Source of the DNA: Camelus ferus
Taxonomy: Eukaryota
DNA length: 64,000 nt
Reading direction: 5' to 3'
Assembly (NCBI RefSeq): GCF_009834535.1
Contig: NC_045697.1
Location: 7,380,001-7,444,000, forward strand
The translations under genes were made by a program, and so were the position numbers. The notes beneath the pieces are model-generated. The model made no database searches. It was not told the DNA's origin and saw only the letters and a program-made list of their open reading frames with translations. This document shows positions 12,221 to 23,520 of this stretch, piece by piece (position 1 is the stretch's first letter; each line of letters begins with the position of its first letter).

Positions 12221-12884
12221 AGGCATTTCTCATGGTTACTTTAATGAGCAAAAAAGACCAGTAATTTCTCACTATTACTAGACCTTCTATAATTTCCAAA
12301 GCACGCTATTATGTATTTTCTCACGTGAGCCTCACAAAAGCCGCTGTAAAAGAGGCAGATATCCTAGAAGGAAACTGAAGCTTATCCAGGGAAAATGATT
12401 TACCTTGAAACCCTAGGGGTAGCCAGGGACAGTGTGGAGGGAAGCCTTCTAGTTTCTAGGTTAGTATTTATCCCAGGGCACTGCACAGCTTCCATTATTC
12501 ACTGTTCTTTGGCATTTACTAGCATCTTCTTTATTTCCCATGACTCTTCAAATCCTGGTCGTGTACCCAGCACGAGGCCACCTGACCTCTCCTCTCCCAT
12601 GGGTGTCCTGGTGAGCCCTAGCCTTTTGGAAGGTCGGCGACTGCCTGGCCCTACTCCCTGGCGCCTGTGTCTTACTGATTCCTGTTTGTCTCAGTGCCCT
12701 CTGGCCACCACCTCCCCACCCTCCAGTGTGTGTGTCCCAGATCCTGGGAACCTTCTGCTCTATTTGAAGGCCTTCCTCTCAGACCTGGACTTAAACAGAC
12801 TGAAGAGGACTCAGAGTAAATTTCTCCTCAAGATTAATATTCCATGTTAACTCTAAGTCTAGGCACTTGGATTACACTGCTGTG

Positions 12885-13163
12885 TTTTATTTATTTTTAT
12901 TTACTTTTTCACTTTATTTTTATTGAAATACAGTTACTGCACAATATTATGTAAGTTACAGGTGTACAATAGAGTGATTTGCATTTTTAAAGGCTCTACT
13001 CTACTTGTAGTTATTATAAAATATTGGCTATATTCTCTGTGCTGTACCATGTATCCTTACCTAATCGTTTGTGCCAATTAGCCCCCAACCCCTATGTTAT
13101 CCCTCTTCCCCTACCCTCTCCCCATCTGTAACCACTAGTTTGTTCTCTATATCTGTGTGTCTG
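12885..13163 (-). mobile_element. L1 3' end fragment
   Basis: ttttattgaaatacagtt...caggtgtacaatagagtgatt...gtaaccactagtttgttctctatatctgtg; homologous to the start of the 39867 copy. Confidence 0.85.
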
Positions 13164-13499
13164 AGTACTCTAAAATTTTTTAATTTTTTAAATTTTAAAT
13201 TTAAGAAATTTTTAATGGGCCTCAATTGTAATTGCATTATTTATAATCTTTGGTCATGGAATTTATATTGGTCCATGGAATTCTTTCTTTTAAAATTTTA
13301 AAAGATGACTAATTTATTTATTTGAAACAGGGTCATAAACATCCATGAAGCCACAAATCAAGGCAAGACCCTGACAATAACTGCAAGGATTCCTCTGTTC
13401 ACCTCAGCTGCACCTCAAGTAACCACCATTCCACAGTTTCATCTGTGTTAATTCTGAGGGCCTCTGCCCTAGTAAGTTGTCTGCTCTTTAATAAAATTA

Positions 13500-13790
13500 C
13501 TACAGCAGATTAGATTTTTGTTCTCAATCCTTCACTCTCTTCCTGCAGTGGGATCACGTGGCCCCCCTTGCCTGTCATGTGGCTTGCCCTATGGGAAGAG
13601 TATAAACTCATGCCTCTTTGATGTGGGTTTGGCCATGTGACATCCCATGACATCAGAAGGACTAAGCAGAGGATATTTTCTGTGTCAGAGTAAGTACGTC
13701 AAGTGTCATCACACTTTACAGCTCGGTTTCTCTCGCATTTCTGCCCACAGTCCCGGTAGGAAATGCTCCTACAGTCTGGGTACCAGAGGA
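13500..13790 (+). mobile_element. Old MLT1 (I/J-like) LTR fragment
   Basis: gatgtgggtttggccatgtgac core motif and LTR-like 5' end. Confidence 0.45.
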
Positions 13791-15044
13791 AGAGATACCA
13801 GGGGCCAACCTGGCCTCAGACCCTGCTGCAGTCATGGTCATTCTTCATGGCTACTCAGACACCCTATCCTCCAGAAAGCCTTTGCCACACTTGCTTACTT
13901 GTTTTGTGTCTCCCTAGTCTCCCACCTGACCGCGTCCTCCTTAAAATCAAAGACCCATCACTTCCATTGTTCTGTCCTTGTCCATCAGCACAGTGTTTGG
14001 TACAGGGGAAGTACTCAGCAAGGGGTTGTTGGATGGATGTGAGGCTGGATGAGCGATGCATGAACGCCTGATTGAGAGCCATGGGATACCCAGAAGAGCA
14101 GACTTAGATTCTCATGGACAAACCTTCTAGTGTTGCTTTTTACACACATTCAGTCCTAAGTATTGAGTTTCATAAATGACTCAGTGATCTACAAAAGAAA
14201 GGTAAGTGTGGCCAGACTGTGTGTAAATATTCACATAACAAAAGTTAGTTCTAAAAGGGCACACTCAAAAGTGTCTTTGTCATAAACAGCACATCTTGAT
14301 GGTGATAGTTTCTTGTATTTTGATCGTTTCATTATTCCTTCATTCTTTCAGTAAACAAATATTCATAGAATAACTCTTATGTATTATAGCCCAAGTTCCT
14401 CTAGCAGTTGAGGAACTGAGTACCCAAAAGGGGGAAAAGACTTGTCTTTTACAAAATTAATAGCTCATGACTTAAAAATTAGTGATCTTTGTGGGATAGG
14501 GGACTTCATGGAAACAAACTATGATGTTAGTTTTCTAAAAGACTCTGGTTTTTATACTTAACAAGTTTAATATTGACAGAAGGAAGCAAATTCTGCACTC
14601 GTAACAATTAGAACTCTAGTGCATTTGGATACGTATGTGTGCAGGCGTGTGCCGTCTGTATCTGAGTATAGTGTTTGCGCGTGCGCGCGCGTGTGTGTGT
14701 GTGAGACAGAGACCCCCGAATCAGAAATTCCACCTTCCAGAGCAAAAGTGCCCTTTATGTATATCTATTCACACGTACTGGTAATATTTGAATTATCTTT
14801 GAAGTTGACAAAGTATTTTAAAATTTATTATTTTATCCTGATGCTTTAAGCTTAGTAGTTAGATTTTCTTCCCATATAGTCCAGGTTCCATTTAAACTAC
14901 TATTTTTTTTTTCTCTATGTCCCAGGGCAGGGGAGTCTGAGCTCAGGCCCCTCAGTGGTATCCCTCCTTATTGCAGTTCTCTGAATTGGGGTGGGGTTTC
15001 CAAAGATACCATCTCTCTGTCTTTCCTATTTGGTCCTATGTGGT

Positions 15045-15063
15045 CCCTCCCTCCCTCCCTCCC
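15045..15063 (-). repeat. (CCCT)n tract; G-quadruplex motif on the minus strand
   Basis: ccctccctccctccctccc gives five GGG runs with 1-nt loops on the minus strand. Confidence 0.7.
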
Positions 15064-16428
15064 TTTTGTGCGGAAGCTGTTCAATCAGACCTCAGGTCTA
15101 CTTCAGGAAAGGCTTCTCTGTATGGAGGTGGAGATTCCGTGTGACAGTGGGAGGAGGGGGGTTCAGGGTCTTCCTACGCCACCACCTCAGACCCCTCTCA
15201 CTATTTTATGTTGTAGACAAAGATGCCCTAATACTTTTCATTTCAGAAAATGTAACTGAAATAAATATAAAGACCAACATGGATTGAGGGATTTCAGTGT
15301 GCCGGGCTGATCAAAGTATCTTACAGATTTTTAACTCAGTTAATCTTCAAGTCAACTACAAGAGTAAACTCTATTAATACTTATTAATAATTTTGTCAAT
15401 CTTATAATCAATTAATATCACCAGCATTAAACAGATGAGGCAATTGAAGTATAGAATATTTGAATGCCTGCCCAAGGCCACACACATGGCTGATAAATTG
15501 CCACCCTAGGATTTGAGCCCAGTCATTCTGGTTCCAGGGACGAAGTCCTAACTATTCCAAGACGCTGATGCTGTCTCAGCCATTATCATTCAACCTCTAG
15601 GTGGAAAATCAAACTTTGACTTTTGACTCAAAATCTGGCACTTTAATTATCCCCTTTTATTAAGCCTCGTGTCCCTGGTAGCAATCGCAGTTTACAAAAG
15701 CACACTTACCACTAACTTTTTATTTGCAGCTCAACGACTGCTTGAGACACATACAATTACTCTCTTCCACTTCACAGGTGAAAAAATGGGTCTCAGGCTC
15801 AGAGTGCTCAAAGGACTCACCCAGGATCATACCAGCAGTTAGCAGCAGTCCTGAGATTGGAAACCAAGACACACGGCTCCTAAACGTGTATGAAATCTGT
15901 GGGCTTCGAGTTCATGCTATTCTGAGCGAGCTTTATGTATAAGCGTTGTGTCGTTTCTAACCTCGTCCAAATAAAATGATGAATTAGATAAACCAAAGTG
16001 ACTCAGAGTTTCTCTACAAAGAAGCTGTGATCACAGCCCCACTCACAGTGCTGGGACGGATCTCATGGAAACGGGAAGGATGTAGGTGATGGCAAAGTTT
16101 GGAGATTTGCAGGTGAGAATGCCACCTGCAACCGCCATGGGCCAGGGAGCTGGTGTCTCAGTGAAAACAGAAACAGTGGAGATTCACAGTGCCAGCAGCC
16201 AGGGACGGTAAGGCCTACAGAAGGAAATGTGTGGTCCCTTGTTGGAATTAACTGAGAAAGGTACCAATAGGCACCATTTCATTAAAAATGCTGCAGCAGC
16301 CTGACGGTAGTTAACCCTTTGGTAAGTTAGCTTCACTTCTACGTTAGGTTAAATATAGCTCGCCTTTGCATCAGGATCACAGACTGACCCATTTTCATGT
16401 GCAAATCACATGCACTTAACTTGGGCTG

Positions 16429-16471
16429 TGCTGAGCTATGCTCTTGCTGAGTTATGCTCTTGCTGAGTTAT
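16429..16471. repeat. 16-bp tandem repeat, about 2.7 copies
   Basis: tgctgagctatgctct tgctgagttatgctct tgctgagttat. Confidence 0.9.
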
Positions 16472-17326
16472 CTGAAGTTTGAGGCCTGCTCTTCTGCAGC
16501 CTTGCTGAAATTGCACAATTTCGGGGTAACTTCAATCACTAATGAGTTCAGGTCCTTTTTTTTTTTTTTTTTTTTTCCCAGTCAGTTTTCTCTTACACCC
16601 TGAGCCATCCAATCATTCCAGCTAAAAATTCCAAACCTCGATCTGCTGGTTGGCTGACATTTTCTAGAGCCTGTCCACCGGCATTTTCTCCCAGGCTCCC
16701 GACAAAAAATGAAGAGTGAGTACCACTGTTTCTCTCCTAGAAAGGAAGATACCGGGGAGAATTGTAGCTGCTTGCCTGCGGTCACACAGTGAATGCGTAG
16801 CCCACTCTGATGCGAATGCAGGAGTTGGAGGCCTTCTTTTTTGCAGGACACTGGGTCTCGATAATAGAGATGCAGACACTTCTGCCAAAGAGTCGTAACA
16901 AGCCTGCAAATACAAGGGTGTGAAGCAATTCAGCTACTCTCCATCCTGCCCTAGTGAGTTCAGAGCCACCTCTCTTAATGTCCCCCTATTAATTATCTCA
17001 TCCTGACCGGGGATAACATAAAGCCCACTGTCCTCGATATGACTTTTACTGTCAGGCTCTTGCCTACGCCAGCAGTCTTATGCCCCATCCGTTGCCTGTC
17101 CACACTGCGCCTTCCATCACACGGAACGCATTGTAATTCCAAACCACAGCTGGGCTCTCTCCTGCCCCTGCATGCATTATTCTTCTGACTGCCCTGCTAA
17201 CTCTATCCCTACACCTGGTGAAAATCATTGTTTTGTGGTTATTCAGCTCGTATGTCAACTAATTAAAGACACACTTTTGATTCTCACTCTGTCCAGGTAT
17301 AGTATTAGGTCCCTGAGGTCTAGATC

Positions 17327-17420
17327 AGTGACCAGTTGAGCTGGTGTGCCACGGACTAAGGAATCTCCTAGGTTTTGAGACTTCCAGATCTAAAAATAGG
17401 ATGCTTCTAAGGAAACAGGT
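17327..17420. mobile_element. hAT MITE fragment (MER94-like)
   Basis: gtgaccagttgagctggtgtgccacggactaagg...gacttccagatctaaaa resembles the MER94 consensus. Confidence 0.5.
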
Positions 17421-18079
17421 GTTCATCCAAGATCTTGGAGGAACAAGTTGACCTCAGTGTCACCCCCTCATCCCTGGGCTTTGAGATCTTGCCTTCTCTG
17501 GTCCTTTGGTCCTTATCTCCACATGATTTCATTGCTCTAATTGTCTTCTTCTAAAATGGCCATCTTTTAAAAAGACTCTGAAACCTCGTGAGGGAGGACA
17601 GAGGGTGTGGACCTTGCTTTACTGCCCCTGGCTCCTGGCTCTCAGCCTGGCACACGGTGAGTGTTCTTTAAGTGCTTGGCAAATGATTTTGCCAGAGAGA
17701 ACCTCCATTCCCCCAAGGGACTCAGAAATTGAATAGTGGGTGTTTTTGTAAGACGGAAGTATTCTGTACCCTGAGAATACTGAGGGGTCATTTCCTGAAC
17801 CCTGATAAGCTTCATTCCCTAGGGTCCTTGAAACTTCTTTAGGAAAGCAAATTGGGACAGAATCAGTTCAGAGAGTTATATAAAACTGATATGCCTAAAA
17901 AGGACACAAAGAGGAAGGAATGTCAAGAGAAGAATTAGAATGAGGAATAAGGAGAGTGTATGTGTGGGAGCAGAGAATAATGAATGGTATAATTAATGTG
18001 CTTTTTTAATTCAAAATACTTGACGACTACGTCAAGGATACAGTGATGCTCAAGGGAAAAAAACAGCTAAATCTATCCA

Positions 18080-18740
18080 CAAAAAATGGCACTTTGCTCA
18101 GGAGATATTACAGGCAAGTCTCAGCAAACAGTCAGGATTTGGAAGAATTAATTCTAAACTTACACAAAACACTCCAGAGGACTGGCAAACAGATTATCCA
18201 CCTGACTTTATTTTATGAGGCTGAGATAAAATCTTGGTATCAAACCACACAAAGACAGATAATAAATAAAAATGATACAGCAATCTCACTTACAGACATA
18301 GATGTAAACATTTTAAACAAAATATTATCAAATTGATTCCAGTGATATACGATCAAAATCAAGACTGCTTTGGGTATATTCTGGGAATGCTGGCATGGCA
18401 TAACATTAGAAAATCTTTAATGTAATTCACCTTATTAATTCACTAAAGGAGATACATCATAAAATCACTTCCATAGATTCAAGAAAAACGCTGGTGAAAT
18501 TTGCTAAATTAATTTTCTTAAAAAACTAATAGAAAACATAAAACCTTGAGAAAAAAATATATATATAGGTAAGTCCTTCAGATTTCAGAAGGATATTTTT
18601 CGTACATAACACAGAAGCACAAATTATAATATAATGAGTTCTATATCAAAGACACCATAGAAATGGGAAAAGAAGAGCCATTAACTGGAAGAACATTTTA
18701 TATATATGGCCAACAAAAGACTAGAATTCACAATATGTAA
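18080..18740 (+). mobile_element. Old L1M ORF2 fragments
   Basis: The 18043-18336 ORF contains the L1 RT-like segment (FYEAEI...AISLTDIDVNILNKILSN). Confidence 0.8.
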
Positions 18741-19070
18741 AAATTCTGGCCCATACCCCTGTCTTAGCACTAGCATGTGAATGTAGGCATTTGCTTATTT
18801 TCCTCACTCATTTTAAGAAACAATGTGCAACTTGACATGAGTTAGGTCTAGACAATTTTTGTAACCCCAAAACCTAGCCTGGTACCTGGCAAATATTGGT
18901 ACGCAGACAATGCTTTCACAATGATTAGAAATATGAACTGTAGAACAAATTGGCCAGCCCCCAGCATAGGTGGTCCGTCATGTACACAATATTGTGCTGA
19001 ATCCCCTTCGGTCACTTACAAAGAGTTGGCCATCCGCATCCCTCAGGGGTTTAGGCTGAAATATGCAAAC

Positions 19071-19444
19071 TGTTTTAGTCAGTTCAGGTTGCTTTAACAG
19101 AACCATAGCTGGGGTGGTTTAAACACAAACATTTATTCCTTATTATCCTGGAGGCTAGAAAGTCCAAGACCAAGGCGTGGGCAGGTCCTATGTCCAGGAA
19201 GGGGCCTCCTTCTGTTTTGCATGTTGGCAGCCTTCTAATTGCACCCTCACATGGCCAAGAGCAGAGAGAGGGGAAGCAAGTTCTCTGGCATCTCTTCTTA
19301 TAAGGGCGCTGGTCTCATCCATGAGGAGTCCACCCTCATGACCTAACTGGCTCCCAAATGTCACACCTCTTAATACCACCCCACTGGGGGCTAGGGTTTC
19401 AAAGCTTGGATTTGAGGGAGCACACAAACACATAGTCTATAGCA
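19071..19444 (-). mobile_element. MaLR solo LTR (MLT1A-like), complete
   Basis: tgttttagtc...catttatt...ctggaggctagaaagtccaaga...ccaccctcatgacctaa...gtctatagca; TG...CA ends, about 375 bp. Confidence 0.9.
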
Positions 19445-20059
19445 CTCACCAACTAGAGCCAACTTCAGCAGAAAAAGTTGTTTACTGAAAAGATACGGAG
19501 TGATCGGCACATATCCAGGAAGGCTGGAGAACCACACTCAGAAAGTGACAGAATTGAGGAGAGGCTTGTTAGCCAGACCACAGGGCAAACAGAGCGACAG
19601 AACTGGTCCGAGGAGAGCCTGAGTGTGGTACCCCCTGCTGCCTGCATTGCGCACAAGACCCCCACTGCACATGGACCACCTCAGGTAATTAGACGTTCCC
19701 GCTCAGCCTACTGCCCATCGGAAAGTACAATCCTTCACTCCCATCACTAATCCCAGGTCCACATTTCTGGGCTGATGAGTGAATTTGCAGACTTTACCCT
19801 TCACTTCCCTGGGAGCTTGGAAAGTTAAATCTGGGTCTCTATTAACCTGTAATGACAAGCAGGGGTTATGCAAGCAGGAGGAAAGGATTTAGGCTGTGGG
19901 CAACTAAGAAAGTGTTAGATGTCCACCACATAGCCCTTCATATTTTGATCACTGAAACTTTGTCTTCTAGGTCGAAGGGTTTGGTCAGTTCAGAGAAGAG
20001 AAAGGGGGTCTCAGACTGCTCTTTAAGCATCCAACTTCAGCAACAACTGGCGATAAGCC

Positions 20060-20230
20060 CAGAGGTTCTCAACATGAGTGGTTGTTCCCCACCTAAGAAG
20101 CATTTGGAAATATGTGAAGACTTTTTTTTCAATTCATTGTGAGGTCTTACTGGAATTGGACAGTGGAAGGGGGACGGGAAACCACCTGTAGTACACAGAA
20201 CACTCCACGCAGCAACGTGCTGTCCCGCTT
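20060..20230. mobile_element. hAT-Charlie MITE fragment (MER20-like)
   Basis: cagaggttctcaac terminal motif followed by gcatttggaaatatgtg. Confidence 0.55.
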
Positions 20231-22011
20231 GCCATGCCCATGGAGTCCTGGGGAGTGTGGGACCTCATCCTCCACCGGGCAGCTGTCACTGCCCAGCACA
20301 GCTAGTGCCACGCTCCCCATGGGGGCCCAGAGCCAAGCTCCCTGAGGCCTTGGGGGATTCCAGAAGCAAACTTTGTTATCTGCATCAGGCAAGAAGAAGG
20401 GAAAATAGGTTGATCTAAAAATACACCCACAACAGAGTCAAATGTGGATGCGGATTCTGGTCTATTACACTTATATTTCTCCTGAATTAAGGCGGCCCTC
20501 TGAGAGTAGGTCAGGTCTCAGGCTGCAGACCTAAGAAGTGCCCGGACTCCCTGCTGCTCAGCTCACCCCCAGGTGTCGGGGGAAACTTCCTCCTCGTGTG
20601 AACTCACTAGCATCTCCATTGCCTTTCTTTTGTGTGTGTATGTGTGGTAACATAAAAGGTAGGAAGATTTTATTAAATACAGTTCTTTCACGTGCTGGGT
20701 TGATGTGTACCTTTGTGGCACTAATGGCAGTGGTTCACAGCTGTAGCTAATTTTAGTGACTGCAGTATTTGTTCTGCATTAAATACAAATATACACACAT
20801 ATATAAAATATATATGTACATACATATAAACATATATCTAAACTCTCTTGAATATGTATGATATTAGCATCCTTAATCTTAGTGTTTAAGGGTTTTTTGT
20901 GATATTGCTTATGGAATTGTAAAGTAACTAGAATTCTCAGTTATAACTTCCAACACTCTTTTCCCTACAGAAGTAATAAAAAAAAAGTCATCATAATAAT
21001 AACTAATGTTTGCACAGTGCTTGATGGTTTATGGAACATGCTCAAATCTTACACACCAATGAAGTAGATATTACTAATAATGCTGCTGCAGTTACAGAGT
21101 TCAAGTCATGTGCACAGAACAATGCATCTTACACAAGTTGGAGCCAAGATACGAGGCTAGCTTTTGCGTCGTTCAAACCTTCGCTCTTCACAGCCTGCTG
21201 ATTGCTTCTACTGAACGTTATTTTGAAAACTCTGACCTCATTTCTAAGGGGAAAATCCAGTATCTCCTTCCTCTTCAAGGGACAGAACCTCAAAAATGTT
21301 TATTCTTTACTCATTGAGTATCTTTAAATTCGAGGAAGAGAAAACGCAATAAAAACAACAACGTGATTAGATTAAGACACATTTCTCTTCTTCCTGTTTA
21401 TACACGTGACTTGTTTCAGGACAGGCATCCAAGGTGAAAGGGGGCCATTTAACTCAAAACAATATGGATAACATATAAAACCATTAAACAGCAGCACTGG
21501 ACACAGTAGTGTATGCAGGAAGCCTCCTCTGTCGTTTGATGATGTCCTGAGCTGGAGGCAATTTAAACAGCACACAGGAGGAGGATGGCGGAAGAAAACA
21601 CATTAGCTATATTAACCTAATTTTCAATAAAAAAGGATTCTCAGGCTCCTTAAAGAAAAGATTGCAATAATGGACATAAAATTAAGATATCGTTCTGATG
21701 AAAGCAATAGCTCCAGTGTGGTTTTCCAGGTCCAAGATGATGCCTGGAGTATTTGATTGCTCAGATCTGGTCTGGTCCACTTATCAAGAATCTGATTTCT
21801 TCGATGGGTTGAGCATATATTTAAATGCTGAGCTTCCTTACAGAATTTTTACATCTGAAACATTAACATAAAAAGTAAAATCAACCATATGATATAATTT
21901 ATCACTCTTGTAATTCCTGTGTTTGTTGGTGTCAACATTTAATTGGTTATCAACATTTTTAGATAAAAGCAATTTTTATACATTTGATCCTAAAACATAT
22001 ACATGTATATG

Positions 22012-22910
22012 TATTTTATTTATTTATAATTTAATTGAAGTATAGTCTATTTACAGTGTTGTATTAATTTCCAGTGTACAGCATAGTGATTCAACTATAT
22101 ATATATATATATATATATGTATATGTATATACATATATACATATTCCTTTTCTTTATAGGTTACTACAAGATATTGAATGTAGCTCCCTGTGCTATACAG
22201 TACTAACTACTATATATAAAATAGGTAAACATATATATGTGTCTATCTTCAGATCGAACTCCAATTTGTCCCTCCCTACCCTCATCCTTCCCTGGTAACC
22301 ATAAATTTGTTTTCCATGTCTGTGAGTCTGTCTCCGTTTTGTAAATACATTTATTAGTGTCCTTTTTTGAGATTCCATGTATGCATGTTATCATATGATA
22401 TTTTTCTTTCTCTTTCTGGCTTACTTCACTTAGAATGACAATCTTCAGGTCCATCCATGTTGCTGAAAATGGTATTATTTAATTCTTTTTTATGCTTGAG
22501 TAGTATTCCATGGTATATATATATGACACAACTTCTTTATCCAATCATCTGTTGATGGACATATAGGTTGCTTTCATGTCTTGGGTATTGTAAATAGTGC
22601 TGCTGTGAACATTAGGTTGCATGTATCTTTTTGAATTAGAGTTCCCCCTGGATATATGTCCAGGAATGGGATTGCTGAATCATAGGGTAAGTCTATTTTC
22701 AGTTTTTTAAGGATTCTCCGTACTGTTTTCCATAATGGCTGCACCAAACTGCATTCCCACCAGCAGCGTAGGAGAGTTTCCTTTTCTCCACACCCTCTCC
22801 AGCATTTGTCATTTGTGGACTTTTGAATGATGGCCAATGATGGTGTGAGGTGATACCTCACTGTAGTTTAGATTTGCATTTTTCTGGAAATTAGTGATAC
22901 TGAGCATTTT
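22012..22910 (-). mobile_element. Camelid-type L1 3' end (about 0.9 kb)
   Basis: ORF2 C-terminal translation (MRYHLTP...[29 protein letters not shown]) plus 3' UTR; internal (TA)n. Confidence 0.95.
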
Positions 22911-23350
22911 TAAAAATGACTATTATTACTATTATTCTCACTTAACCAAAAATCACTGAGACTGGCATTAGTCAATTGACTTTCTTAATATAATTCAGCT
23001 CATGAGGAGCAGAGCGGGGACTCCACCCCGCCTCCCTGACTCCACACCGCGAGTTTCTCAGGATTATTGGTGCTGCTGTTCTGCAGCACAGTGAGATTTT
23101 CACCACAATGCAAGGTAACCCATTCGTGACCTTTCTTTTGTCGGTTTTCCTTTTCACACTAAATATACTTCCAGAAATGCAGAGCCCCTCCTTGCCATAT
23201 CCTCCGGTAACCTTAGTCATACTGTCCTGTGCCAACAACTTAACTCATTTTATTTCTAGTGCCCTATGTGGCTGCCTAATAACACTTAGCTGGATAATAT
23301 TGCTGTTATTTAGTTCCCCAAAGTCCCTAAGTGTCATCTCTGCTCTTCAC

Positions 23351-23520
23351 ATTTTTTTAATGTTTAATATATTTTTATTGAAGTATAGTCAGTTTATAAT
23401 ATTGTGTTGATTTCTGGTGTACAGCACAATACTTCAGTCATACATGAACATACATATATTTGTTTTCATATTCTTTTTTATTTCTATTTTATTTATATAT
23501 ATACTTTATTGAAGTATTGG
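23351..23520 (-). mobile_element. Short L1 3' end fragment
   Basis: tttttattgaagtatagtcagttt...tacagcacaatacttcagtcatacatgaacatac. Confidence 0.8.

Noticed and set aside
21690..21800. C/D-box snoRNA-like motifs (tgatga...ctga)
   Set aside because: Imperfect C box and no terminal stem; such motifs are common by chance.
22193..22861. ORFs resembling proteins (also near 29397, 33292, 40525 and 45780-46641)
   Set aside because: They are sense or antisense translations of L1 ORF2 and 3' UTR remnants, not host genes.
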